From NCBI GenBank assembly GCA_050013835.1, contig JBEKEM010000003.1, positions 9,710-73,709 of the forward strand: a stretch of 64,000 nt of DNA, read 5' to 3'. A program made the translations under genes and the position numbers. This document shows positions 27,756 through 37,249 of the stretch, piece after piece. Positions within the stretch are counted from its first letter, which is position 1, and each line of letters starts with the position of its first letter. The DNA is from Acidimicrobiales bacterium. Lineage in GTDB: Bacteria; Actinomycetota; Acidimicrobiia; Acidimicrobiales; Bog-793. The notes under the pieces are model-generated. The model saw only the letters and a list, made by a program, of their open reading frames with translations. It had not been told where the DNA came from and made no database searches.

Positions 27756-30692
27756 GTGGTCCGTCTCTCGGTCAACGGCACGCCCCACGCCGTCGCCTGC
27801 GGGACCCACACGACGCTTCTTGCCGTGCTGCGCGGGCTCGGGTTCTTCAGCGTGCGGTTCGGCTCCGCCACGGGCGAGACCGGCGCGGCGGCCGTCCTTT
27901 TCGACGGCCGCCTAGTCTCGGCCGACGTGCTGCTCGCGGCCCAGGCCGCCGGCCACGAGATCACGACGGTCGAGGCGCTCAACGTCGCCACCGGCGAGTT
28001 CCACCCGATCCAGGAGGCCTTTGTCGAGGCCGGCGCGATGCAGTCGGGGTACTCGGCGGGGGCGATGGTGCTCGCCACGAAAGCGCTCCTCGAGGCGAAC
28101 CCCGACCCCACCGAGGCCGAGATCCGCGACGCCCTGAGCGGGATCCTCGACCGGGAGACCGGCTACGCGAAAGTCGTCGCGGCGGTGCAACGCGCCGCGG
28201 CGATGCTACGCGGCGAGAAGTACCCGCCGATGGACCCGGTCCTCGTCGACCCGCTCGCCGGGCAGGTGGGATCCCCGCCCGCGCCGGTGCCGGCAACCGA
28301 CGGCGACGTCTCGATGGCGGTGCCGCGCCTCGTCGCCTCGCCCGACGTCCCGCAGACATGCGTCGTCGGCAAGCCGGAGACGAAAGTCGACGCGCTGAAG
28401 CTCGTGAAGGGCAACCCGGCCTTCACCGACGACATCGAACCGCGGGGGGTGCTGTTCGCCAAGGTGCTGCGCAGCCCGCACGCCCACGCCCGCATCGTCG
28501 AGATCGACGACTCGGCGGCTCGCGCGCTGGCCGGTGTCCACGCCGTCCTCCACTGCCGGAACACGGCGCGCGTGAAGTACGCCTCGGGCGGCCAGAGCTG
28601 GCCGAACCCGCCACCGTGGGACCAGGTGAGCTTCGACGACAAGGTCCGCCACGTCGGCGACCGGGTCGCCGCCGTGGCGGCGGAATCGGTCGAGATCGCC
28701 GAGGAGGCCTGCCGGTTGATCAAGGTGACGTACGAGGTCCTCCCCGCCGTGTTCGACGAGATCGAGGCGATCGGGCCGGGGGCGCCGGTCATCCACGACG
28801 AGCCGGACACGGAGGGGATCTTCGACGCCAGCCGCAACATCAGCCACCACATCGAGGGTCAGACGGTCTCCGACGACCAGCTCGCCGCCGCCTTCGCCGC
28901 CGCCGACCGGGTCTTCGAGGAGACCTTCCACGTCCAGCAGGTCCAGCACACGCCCATCGAGCCGCACATCACGATCGGGTGGCTCGACGAGGACGAACGG
29001 CTGGTGCTGCGCTCCTCCACCCAGGTCCCGTTCCACGTCCGCCGGATGGTGGCGCCCCTCCTGGGACTGCCCGTCAAGCGCATCCGCGTCGTCAAGCCCC
29101 GCCTCGGCGGCGGCTTCGGGGCGAAACAGGAGATGGTGATCGAGGACATCGTCGGCCATCTCGTGCTCGCGACGCGCCGCCCGGTCCGTCTCGAGCTCAC
29201 CCGGGCCGAGGAGTTCGCCTCGACCCGCGTCCGCCACGCCCAGACGATCACGCTGCGCTCCGGCGTCGACGCCGAGGGCCGGCTCGTGGCGCAGGACATG
29301 CGGGTGGTCGCCAACACCGGCGCCTACGGCACGCACGGCTTCACGGTGAACTCGGTCTGCGGCCAGCACGGCCTTTCGCTCTACAACTGCCCGGCCAAGC
29401 GCTTCCGCTGCGACGTCGCCTACACGAACCGCCCGGTGGCGGGTGCTTTCCGCGGCTACGGCGCCCCCCAGGCGTTCTTCGCCCTCGAGTCCCACATGGA
29501 CGGCATCGCCCGGGCACTCGGTCTGGACCCCTACGAGATCCGCCGGCGCAACTGGGTGCGGACCGGCGACCCGCTCGACATCGTGCTGCAGCTCGGCGAG
29601 CGGGGCGGCGTCGAGGACATCGCCCCCGAGGACATGCCCGTCGTCACGAGCTGCGGCCTCGAGGAGTGCGCCCTGCAGGCCCGGCGCGCCATCGGCTGGG
29701 AGAGGCGGGGCGACCCCGCCTGGCATCGCCCGGCCGATCGGCCGAACATCCGCCGGGGCCTGGGGCTCGCGCTCGCCATCCAGGGCTCGGGGATCCCGCT
29801 CGTCGACATGGCGGCGTGCTCGATCAAGATCAACGACGACGGCTCGTTCAACATGCTCCTAGGCGCGACCGACCTCGGCACCGGCTCGGACACGGTCCTC
29901 GCCCAGATCGCCGCCGAGGTGCTCGGCGTGCCGGTCGAGGACATCCTCGTCTACTCGTCCGACACCGACTTCACGCCGTTCGACGTCGGCGCCTACGCCT
30001 CGAGCACGACCTACGTCTCGGGGGGCGCGGTGAAAAAGGCCGCCGAGGCGGCCCGGTCGCGCATCGTCGCCCGGGCGGCCCGCATGCTTTTAGTCGACGA
30101 CCCCGGGACGATCGAGCTCCACGACCGGCGGGCCTGGGCGGCCGACGGGCGCTCGGTCGCGATGGGCGACATCGCCCTCAACGCCCTGCACACTGAGGAC
30201 CAGGAACAGATCATGGGCACCGCCTCGCACGTCTCGCCCGAATCCCCGCCGCCCTTCGCGGCGCAGGCGGCCGAGGTCGAGGTGGACACTGAGACGGGCC
30301 AGGTGACCGTCACCAAGCTCGTCACCGCCGTCGACTGCGGCGTGCCCATCAACCCGGTCACGGCGAGCGGCCAGGTCGAGGGGGCGATGCTGCAGGCCCT
30401 CGGCTACGCCCTCTGCGAGGAGGTCGTCCTCGACGGCGAAGGGCGCCCGCTCAACGACCGGTTCGGGCCCTACTGGATCTTCCGCGCCGACGACACCCCG
30501 CCGATGGAGGTCTACCTCGTGCAGACGATGGAGCCCTCCGGCCCCTTCGGGGCCAAGGCGGTGGCGGAGATCCCGATGGACGACGTCGCGCCGGCGGTGC
30601 GCAACGCCATCCTCGACGCGACCGGCGTCGCCATCAACACGATCCCGTTCACCCCCGAGCGCGTCTGGCGGGCCCTGCAGCAGGCGAGGTGA
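27756..30692 (+). CDS. xdhD: XdhD-like molybdopterin hydroxylase: Cys-less ferredoxin-like N-domain fused to a Moco-binding large subunit
   Basis: The N-domain aligns to the small subunit but lacks the Cys ligands (see finding). The Moco part has 'VRHVGDRVAAVAAES', 'GGGFGAKQE', 'GAFRGYGAPQ', 'FGAKAVAEI'. I chose the in-frame GTG at 27756 after GGAGAG; the GTG at 27669 (GTGA overlap) is an alternative. Confidence 0.85.
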   Translation: MVRLSVNGTPHAVACGTHTTLLAVLRGLGFFSVRFGSATGETGAAAVLFDGRLVSADVLLAAQAAGHEITTVEALNVATGEFHPIQEAFVEAGAMQSGYSAGAMVLATKALLEANPDPTEAEIRDALSGILDRETGYAKVVAAVQRAAAMLRGEKYPPMDPVLVDPLAGQVGSPPAPVPATDGDVSMAVPRLVASPDVPQTCVVGKPETKVDALKLVKGNPAFTDDIEPRGVLFAKVLRSPHAHARIVEIDDSAARALAGVHAVLHCRNTARVKYASGGQSWPNPPPWDQVSFDDKVRHVGDRVAAVAAESVEIAEEACRLIKVTYEVLPAVFDEIEAIGPGAPVIHDEPDTEGIFDASRNISHHIEGQTVSDDQLAAAFAAADRVFEETFHVQQVQHTPIEPHITIGWLDEDERLVLRSSTQVPFHVRRMVAPLLGLPVKRIRVVKPRLGGGFGAKQEMVIEDIVGHLVLATRRPVRLELTRAEEFASTRVRHAQTITLRSGVDAEGRLVAQDMRVVANTGAYGTHGFTVNSVCGQHGLSLYNCPAKRFRCDVAYTNRPVAGAFRGYGAPQAFFALESHMDGIARALGLDPYEIRRRNWVRTGDPLDIVLQLGERGGVEDIAPEDMPVVTSCGLEECALQARRAIGWERRGDPAWHRPADRPNIRRGLGLALAIQGSGIPLVDMAACSIKINDDGSFNMLLGATDLGTGSDTVLAQIAAEVLGVPVEDILVYSSDTDFTPFDVGAYASSTTYVSGGAVKKAAEAARSRIVARAARMLLVDDPGTIELHDRRAWAADGRSVAMGDIALNALHTEDQEQIMGTASHVSPESPPPFAAQAAEVEVDTETGQVTVTKLVTAVDCGVPINPVTASGQVEGAMLQALGYALCEEVVLDGEGRPLNDRFGPYWIFRADDTPPMEVYLVQTMEPSGPFGAKAVAEIPMDDVAPAVRNAILDATGVAINTIPFTPERVWRALQQAR

Positions 30693-30792
30693 CCAACCCG
30701 CCCCGGCCGCCCCGCCGGAGGGGGACGGGCGGTCTGCGTCCGGCCGGAAAGGCCCCCGATAGGCTGCGACGGTCGAGGGGGCAGGGACTGAC

Positions 30793-33402
30793 TTGGTGAC
30801 GCCGGACGGCTCCGACGGGCCCGGGGGGATTTCGTTCGTCCTGAACGGCAGCCCCGTCGAGGTGCGCAACGACCATCCCCACCTCCTCGCGGCGCTGCGC
30901 GAGGAGCTCGGCGTCACCTCGCCCAAGGACGGCTGCTCGCCGAGCGGGCAGTGCGGCTGCTGCACGGTGCTCGTCGACGACAAGGCCGTCGTCGCCTGCC
31001 AGGTCGCCCTTTCGCGGGCCCGGGGCCGTTCGGTCGTCACCCTCGAGGGGTTCGACCCGGCCGAGCGCCAGCGCTTCGCGGCGGCCTTCGTCGCCGCAGG
31101 CGCCCTGCAGTGCGGCTTCTGCACCCCGGGGATCGTCGTCCGCCTGAAGGCGCTCCTCGACAAGAAAGGCTCCGGCCTCACCCGCGCCGAGGCCGCCCGG
31201 CACCTCGGGGCCCACCTGTGCCGGTGCACCGGGTACGCCAAGATCCTCGACGCCGCGGAGCTCCTCGCCGCCGGCTCGCCGCCGGCGATCCTGCCCTCCG
31301 GCGGCATCGGCGCCCGCGCCGCGCGCTATGACGGCGAGCGCCAGGCGCTCGGCGACGGCGGCTTCGTCGACGACCTCCGCCTGCCCGGGATGCTGCACGG
31401 CGCCCTCCGGCTGGCCGACCACGCCCGCGCCGAGGTCGTGCGGATCGACACCGCAGCCGCCCGCACGCTCCCGGGGGTCACGGCCGTGCTGACCGCCGGC
31501 GACGTGCCCGGCGAGTTGCGCGTCGGCATCTCCAGCGCCGACTGGCCGGTCTTCATCCCCGTGGGGGGCCGGACCTCGTACCTCGGCGACGTCCTCGCGA
31601 TGGTCGTCGCCGACACGCGCCAGACCGCCCGGCGGGCGGCCGCCCTCGTCGAGGTGGGCTACCGCCCGCTGCGCCCCCTCACCGACCCCGTGGCGGCGCT
31701 GGCGGACCCGGAGGACGCCGCCTGGCAGCTGCCGGGCAACGAGCTCGCGCGCTGCGGCTACCGCCGGGGCGACGTCGACGCCGCCCTCGCCGCCTCGGCG
31801 CACACCGTCCACGAGGTCTTTGCGACCCAGCGGGTCGAGCACGCCTTCCTCGAACCGGAGTCCACCCTCGCCGTGCCGGGCGACGACGGCCGCCTCCACG
31901 TCTACTCCGGGGGCCAGGGCGTCTGGGACGACCGGCGCCAGATCGCCTCGGTGCTCGCCCTGCCCGAGGAGGCCGTGCTCGTCGAGCAGGTCTCGAACGG
32001 CGGCGCCTTCGGGGGCAAGGAGGACATGTCGAACCAGGCCCAGACGGCGCTCGCCGCCTGGCTGCTGGGACGCCCCGTGAAGTGCACGCTCTCCCGGACG
32101 GAGTCCCTGCTCCTGCACCCCAAGCGCCACCCGTTCCGGCTCGAGTACTCGGCCGGATGCGACGCCGCCGGCCGGCTCACGGCGCTACGGGCCCGTCTGA
32201 TGAGCGACACCGGGCCCTACGCCTCGGTCGGGAGCCACGTGCTGGAGCGCGCCGCCGGGCACGCCTCGGGGCCCTACGTCGTGCCCGCGATCGACGTCGA
32301 GGCCGTCGCCGTGCGCACGAACAATCCCGTCGCCGGCGCCTTCCGCGGCTTCGGCGCCAACCAGGCCCAGTTCGCGATGGAGGGGGTGATCGACCGCCTC
32401 GCCGAAAAGGTCGGGCTGAGCGGCTGGGAGATGCGCAGGCGCAACGTCGTCGCGCCGGGTGCGGTCTGGGGCCCCGGACAGGTGATGGACGCCGGGAGCC
32501 GGGGTGCGCTCGCCTGCCTCGAACAGGTGAAACCCGCCCTCGACGAGGCCGTCGCCGTCGGCAAGGCGGTCGGACTCGGGCTGGGGTTGAAAAACGCCGG
32601 CCTCGGCAACGGCGCCGTCGAGGTGGCCCGGGCCGTCGTCCGGTTCGACGAGGCCGGCGGCGTCGAGGTGCGCCACTGCTGGACCGAGATGGGCCAGGGG
32701 ATCCACACGGTCGCCCGCCAGGTCGCCGTCGAGGAGCTCGCCATCCCGGCCGAACGGATCCGGGTCGTCGTCGACACCTCCCGCGAGCTCGGCGCCGGCC
32801 AGACGACCGGCTCGCGCGGCACGTTGATGGGCGCCGGCGCCGTCGCCGACGCCTGCCGGCGGGCCAACGAGGACGGACGCCGCCCGAACGTCGACTACGT
32901 GGGCGAGCACCGCGTCGACTGGACCAACTCGCTCGCCGAGGGGCTCCCCCACCCGACGGTGCATGCCGCCTTCTCCTTCGCCGCCCAGCTCGTCGTGATC
33001 GACCGCGCGACCGGCCGGATCGAGAGCGTGCTCGCCGTCCACGACGTCGGGCGGGCGGTCAACCCGATGCTGTGCGAGGGTCAGATCCAGGGCTCCGTGC
33101 ACATGGGGCTCGGCTACGCCCTCTCGGAGGACTTCCCCGCCGACGAAGAGGGCCGGCCCCGCAACATGACCCTGCGGAGTCTCGGGATCCTGCGGGCCAA
33201 GGACGTGCCCCCGGTCCGGGTCGTCCTCGTCGAGGAGCCCCAGCCGCGCTCCCCCTACGGCATCAAGGGGATCGGCGAGATCGGCCTCGTGCCGACGGCC
33301 GGCGCCGTGGCGGCGGCGCTGCACGACCTCGACGGGACCTGGCGGGCGTCGCTGCCGATGTCCGGGCCGGCGGCGGGGACCGTCGACACCTCCGACGACT
33401 GA
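30793..33402 (+). CDS. aldehyde-oxidoreductase (Mop)-type molybdoenzyme: 2x[2Fe-2S] domain fused to a Moco domain, no FAD subunit
   Basis: 'GCSPSGQCGCCTV...AC', 'QCGFCTPG' and 'CRCTGY' come first. The Moco part follows with 'GGAFGGKED', 'GAFRGFGANQ', 'GIKGIGEIG'. Confidence 0.85.
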   Translation: MVTPDGSDGPGGISFVLNGSPVEVRNDHPHLLAALREELGVTSPKDGCSPSGQCGCCTVLVDDKAVVACQVALSRARGRSVVTLEGFDPAERQRFAAAFVAAGALQCGFCTPGIVVRLKALLDKKGSGLTRAEAARHLGAHLCRCTGYAKILDAAELLAAGSPPAILPSGGIGARAARYDGERQALGDGGFVDDLRLPGMLHGALRLADHARAEVVRIDTAAARTLPGVTAVLTAGDVPGELRVGISSADWPVFIPVGGRTSYLGDVLAMVVADTRQTARRAAALVEVGYRPLRPLTDPVAALADPEDAAWQLPGNELARCGYRRGDVDAALAASAHTVHEVFATQRVEHAFLEPESTLAVPGDDGRLHVYSGGQGVWDDRRQIASVLALPEEAVLVEQVSNGGAFGGKEDMSNQAQTALAAWLLGRPVKCTLSRTESLLLHPKRHPFRLEYSAGCDAAGRLTALRARLMSDTGPYASVGSHVLERAAGHASGPYVVPAIDVEAVAVRTNNPVAGAFRGFGANQAQFAMEGVIDRLAEKVGLSGWEMRRRNVVAPGAVWGPGQVMDAGSRGALACLEQVKPALDEAVAVGKAVGLGLGLKNAGLGNGAVEVARAVVRFDEAGGVEVRHCWTEMGQGIHTVARQVAVEELAIPAERIRVVVDTSRELGAGQTTGSRGTLMGAGAVADACRRANEDGRRPNVDYVGEHRVDWTNSLAEGLPHPTVHAAFSFAAQLVVIDRATGRIESVLAVHDVGRAVNPMLCEGQIQGSVHMGLGYALSEDFPADEEGRPRNMTLRSLGILRAKDVPPVRVVLVEEPQPRSPYGIKGIGEIGLVPTAGAVAAALHDLDGTWRASLPMSGPAAGTVDTSDD

Positions 33403-33417
33403 GGCCCGGCGGTCGGC

Positions 33418-35139
33418 TCAGCCGACGGCGACGTCGACGAGCGAGAAGGCGGTGACGTCGAACAGTCCCCGGTCGGTCATCCGCAGCTCCGGGATCACCG
33501 TGAGGCCGAGGAACGACAGCTGCATGAACGGCGCCTCGATCGTCAGCCCGAGCCGGGTCGAGACGACGTCGGCGAGCTCGTGCACCTCGCCGGCGACCTC
33601 GCGGGCGTCCTTGTCGCTCATCAGGCCGCCGATCGGCAACCGCACCTCGCCGATCACGTGCCCGTCGAGCATGGCGACCTGCCCGCCGCCGATCTCGACG
33701 AGGCGCGCCACGGCGGCCGCCATCTCGGCAGGACCGCTCGCGTCCCGGGCGCCCACCACCATGCAGTTGTGGGCGTCGTGCGCCACGGTCGAGGCGATCG
33801 CCCCCCGCTCGAGCCCGAAGCCGGCGACGTAGCCGAGGCCGATCCTCCCGGTGTGGTTGTGGCGCTCGACGGCGCCGATCCGCGCCACGTCCTGGGTCGC
33901 GTCCGCCACGTCGACGATCAAGGCCCGCGTCGAGAGCGAGCGCGACTCGATGCCGATCACCCGGGCCTTGCCGGAGGGAGCGGGGAACTCGAAGACGGCC
34001 GGCCCCGGGAGCTCGTCGAGGTGCACGGAGTGGAACATCCACTCGGGGGCCGGGGCGTTCGGCACCACGCCGGGCACGATCTGGCCGTCGACCGCCACGA
34101 GCCGGCCGGCCTGCCAGACGCGAGTCGGCTCGAAGGTCGAAAGCTCGTCGAAGCAGCAAACATCCGCCTGGTAGCCGGGGGCGAGCCAGCCGAGGCGGTC
34201 GAACCGGTGGTAGTCGGCAGGATTCGCCGTTGCCAGCACGAGCGCCTCCTCGACCGGCAGGCCGGCGGCGACCGCCAGGCGCACGCAGTCGTTGATGTGC
34301 CCGTCGTGCACCAGGGTGTCGGGTTCGCGGTCGTCGGTGCAGAGGGCGACGCGGTCGGTGCCATGGGCGAGGACCGAGGGGATGAGGTCGGCGAGGTTGC
34401 GCGAGGCGGAGCCTTCCCGGATGAAGATCCACATCCCCTTGCGGCGCTTCTCGTCGGCCTCGTCGACGTCGGTGCACTCGTGGTCGGATTCCACGCCGGC
34501 GGCGAGGTAGGCGTCGAGCGAGGGCCCGCGGACCCCCGGGGCGTGCCCGTCGACCCGCCGCCGGCCCGCCGCCGCGATCTTGGCGAGCACCTCGGCATCG
34601 CCCCGGATCACGCCCGGGAAGTCCATCATCTCGGCGATCCCGATCGCCCCGTGGCGGTCGAGGAGCTCGACGAGCTTGGCGTGGTCGAGAACGCTCGCCG
34701 GGCTCTCGAAAGGCGACGCCGGCACACAGCTCGAAGCGCAGATCCCGAAGGTGAAAGGCAGGTCCCTCGCCGCCTCCGCCAGGGCGACGACGCCCGCGAC
34801 CCCGAAGACGTTGGCGATCTCGTGCGGGTCCGCGGCGACGGCGGTCGTCCCGTGCGGCAGCACCGTGCGCACGAACTCGTCCACCCACAGCTTCGTGGAC
34901 TCGAGGTGCATGTGCGGGTCGATGAAGCCCGCCGTGAGCGACGCCCCGGCGACGTCGACCACCTGGACGGCGTCTCGGGAACCCCAGCCGGCGATCACAC
35001 CGTCGGCGATGGCGAGGTCGGTCACGACCCACTCCCGGGTGCCCGGGACGAACACCCGGCCCCCCTTGATGAGGAGATCGGCGGGCTCGTCCCCGCGCGC
35101 CACGGCGAGCACCCGCGTCGTGCCCCTGCGCTGCAGCAT
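33418..35139 (-). CDS. ade: adenine deaminase
   Basis: 'GFIDPHMHLES', 'GTTAVAADPHEIANV', 'IAEMMDFPGV', 'VDGHAPG', 'ESDHECT'. I chose the ATG at 35139; the ATG at 35181 is an alternative. Confidence 0.85.
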   Translation of the reverse strand: MLQRRGTTRVLAVARGDEPADLLIKGGRVFVPGTREWVVTDLAIADGVIAGWGSRDAVQVVDVAGASLTAGFIDPHMHLESTKLWVDEFVRTVLPHGTTAVAADPHEIANVFGVAGVVALAEAARDLPFTFGICASSCVPASPFESPASVLDHAKLVELLDRHGAIGIAEMMDFPGVIRGDAEVLAKIAAAGRRRVDGHAPGVRGPSLDAYLAAGVESDHECTDVDEADEKRRKGMWIFIREGSASRNLADLIPSVLAHGTDRVALCTDDREPDTLVHDGHINDCVRLAVAAGLPVEEALVLATANPADYHRFDRLGWLAPGYQADVCCFDELSTFEPTRVWQAGRLVAVDGQIVPGVVPNAPAPEWMFHSVHLDELPGPAVFEFPAPSGKARVIGIESRSLSTRALIVDVADATQDVARIGAVERHNHTGRIGLGYVAGFGLERGAIASTVAHDAHNCMVVGARDASGPAEMAAAVARLVEIGGGQVAMLDGHVIGEVRLPIGGLMSDKDAREVAGEVHELADVVSTRLGLTIEAPFMQLSFLGLTVIPELRMTDRGLFDVTAFSLVDVAVG

Positions 35140-35279
35140 TGCAACGACTCTAGGCCCGGCCCGCCAGGAATCGGCCGACATCTGCGACGTCCGCCCGGTG
35201 CTCCCCGGCTGACCAGGGCAAGGCCCCGGCGCCCGCTCTGTACGCTCGCCGCAAGGGGCGCGGCGAGGGGAGGCTTGGC

Positions 35280-35927
35280 GTGGCACGCAGCCGGACGGGA
35301 CACGACGCCGAGCGCGCCGTCGCCGGCGTCGTGCTCGCGGCCGGCGAGGGATGGCACTTCGGCGGTCCGAAGGCCCTCGTCCGTTTCGCCGGCGAGATGC
35401 TCGTCGAGCGCTCGATCCGGACCCTCGCCCAAGGCGGCTGCCGACCGGTGTGCGTGGTGCTCGGCGCCGCCGCGGCCGAGGTGCAGGCGGCGTGCGATCT
35501 CGCCGACGCCGTCGTGGTCGTCAACGGGGCCTGGCCCGACGGCATGGGCGGGTCCTTACGGGTCGGGCTCGAGTCGGCGCGGCAAGCGGGGGCGGGAGCC
35601 GCCCTCGTCGCCCTCGTCGACCAGCCCCTCGTCACGCCCGCCCTCGTCGCCCGCCTGATCGCCGCCTGGCGGGGCGGCGCCCGCGCCCCCGTCGCCGCCT
35701 GGCGGGGCGAGGGCCTGACCCCGGCGCTCCTCGACCGCTCGCTGTGGGAGGTGGTCGCCCTGCACGCCGTGGGCGACGTGGGGGCCCGGGCGGTGCTGCG
35801 CGCCCAGCCCGAGCTCGTCACGCTCGTCGACTGCGACGACGTGGGGGCGCCCGACGACATCGACACCCCGGCGGACCTGCGCCGGCTGGAAGGCGGCCGG
35901 CCGCAGTCTCCCGCGCCGCCGCCCTAA
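35280..35927 (+). CDS. mocA: MobA/MocA-like nucleotidyltransferase (molybdenum cofactor cytidylyltransferase candidate)
   Basis: 'GVVLAAGEG..FGGPKAL', 'GMGGSLRVGL', 'ALVDQPLV'. Confidence 0.75.
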   Translation: MARSRTGHDAERAVAGVVLAAGEGWHFGGPKALVRFAGEMLVERSIRTLAQGGCRPVCVVLGAAAAEVQAACDLADAVVVVNGAWPDGMGGSLRVGLESARQAGAGAALVALVDQPLVTPALVARLIAAWRGGARAPVAAWRGEGLTPALLDRSLWEVVALHAVGDVGARAVLRAQPELVTLVDCDDVGAPDDIDTPADLRRLEGGRPQSPAPPP

Positions 35928-36403
35928 CGGTTCCAGGTCCCCGATCGCCCGCCGGATTTGTGCGCGACCACGAGATCGTCGACGCGCACATCGGGGTCGA
36001 CCGGAAGCACCGCGCCCACGATGGCGAGCGCCGCCCCGGCGCAGGCGGCGAGCGCCTCCATCTCGACGCCCGTGCGCTCCACGGTCTCGACGGTCGCCGT
36101 GATCGACACCGCGGATCCGCCCAGCGCGACCTCGACGGCGATCGAGTCGATCCGGATCGGATGGCACAGCGGGATGACCGCCGCGGCCCGCTTGCCGGCG
36201 ACGAGGCCGGCCGACCGGGCGGTCGAGACGATCTCGGCGCCCGCCGACGCGTCGCGCAGCAGCTCCCAGCCGGGCGCGGACATCCGGACCGAGCAGGTTG
36301 CCCGGGCGACGCGGTGGGTGGGGGGCTTGGCGGTGACGTTGACCATCGAGGCCCGGCCGCGCGCGTCCACGTGACTGAGACCGCCCTCGGGTGGCACGCC
36401 CAC
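35924..36403 (-). CDS. moaC: cyclic pyranopterin monophosphate synthase MoaC
   Basis: 'SHVDARGRASMVNVTAKP', 'AGKRAAAVIPLCHP', 'TGVEMEAL'. In-frame GTG at 36403. It is the C-terminal part of ORF 35924..36970. Confidence 0.85.
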   Translation of the reverse strand: MGVPPEGGLSHVDARGRASMVNVTAKPPTHRVARATCSVRMSAPGWELLRDASAGAEIVSTARSAGLVAGKRAAAVIPLCHPIRIDSIAVEVALGGSAVSITATVETVERTGVEMEALAACAGAALAIVGAVLPVDPDVRVDDLVVAHKSGGRSGTWNR

Positions 36404-36484
36404 GCGACGAGCATCGCACCCCGGCCGGCCCGCCCGGGCCGCGACCGACCCGAGAGCCTGGCCGCCCCCCGCTACGCTGCGCCA

Positions 36485-36952
36485 ATGCCCCTTGCCGCCA
36501 AGGTCCTCACCGTCTCGGACGGCGTCGCCGCCCGAACGCGCGAGGACGCCGCGGGCCCCGCGCTGGCGGCGCGGCTCGAGGCGGCGGGATTCGCGGTCGC
36601 CGCCCGCGACGTCGTCGCCGATGACACCGCCGCCATCGCGGCGGCGCTCACCGAGATGGCCCGGGACTTCTTCGGCCTCATCGTCACGACCGGGGGCACG
36701 GGCTTCGGGCCCCGCGACACGACGCCGGAGGCGACCCACCTCGTCATCGAGCGCGCCGCGCCGGGCCTCGCCGAGGCGATGCGCCGGGCGGATCCGCTCG
36801 GAAGGCTGTCGCGTGGCGTCGCCGGGACGGTCGGCGAGACGCTCGTGCTCAACGTGCCGGGATCGCCCGCCGGCGCCGTCGAGCACCTCGAAGCCGTGCT
36901 CGATGTGCTGCCCCACGCCCTCGAACTGCTCGCCGGGGGGCGGCCGCACTAG
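36485..36952 (+). CDS. mog: MogA/MoaB family molybdopterin adenylyltransferase
   Basis: 'KVLTVSDG', 'IVTTGGTGFGPRDTTPEA', 'LNVPGSPAG'. ATG at 36485 inside ORF 35351..36952. Confidence 0.85.
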   Translation: MPLAAKVLTVSDGVAARTREDAAGPALAARLEAAGFAVAARDVVADDTAAIAAALTEMARDFFGLIVTTGGTGFGPRDTTPEATHLVIERAAPGLAEAMRRADPLGRLSRGVAGTVGETLVLNVPGSPAGAVEHLEAVLDVLPHALELLAGGRPH

Positions 36953-37012
36953 GCCATCGCCACCGGCCACCCGACGCCGTGGCGCGGCTACCCGCCCGGG
37001 GGTGCCTCCGGC

Positions 37013-37249
37013 TCAGCCGCCCGACACCGGCGGCAGCACCGCCACCTCGTCGCCCGGTTGAAGCGGCGTGTCGGGGGGGGCGTTGCGGCCGTTCACCCAG
37101 ACGCGGGCCGTGGCGAGGACCGTGACGAAGGGCGCGCCGTAGCGGGAGCACGCCACCTCCAGGAGGTCACCGACCGTGTCCCCCGGCAGATCGTCGCCGC
37201 GGACGCCGGCCGCGTCGCCGGCGCTGCCGAAGAGGCGGAGGCGGGTCAT
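37013..37249 (-). CDS. moaD: molybdopterin synthase sulfur-carrier subunit MoaD
   Basis: A 78-aa ubiquitin-like protein ending '...VAVLPPVSGG'. It abuts the moaA stop. Confidence 0.8.
   Translation of the reverse strand: MTRLRLFGSAGDAAGVRGDDLPGDTVGDLLEVACSRYGAPFVTVLATARVWVNGRNAPPDTPLQPGDEVAVLPPVSGG

Noticed and set aside
25428-35658. Several 400-690-aa ORFs (25428..27260 -, 28206..29726 -, 28358..30196 +, 30649..32130 -, 32082..33455 +, 33263..35032 -, 33580..35658 +)
   Set aside because: All overlap motif-supported genes (hydantoinase, XdhD-like, Mop-like, adenine deaminase) in other frames. They are Arg/Gly/Pro/Asp-rich with no recognisable domains.
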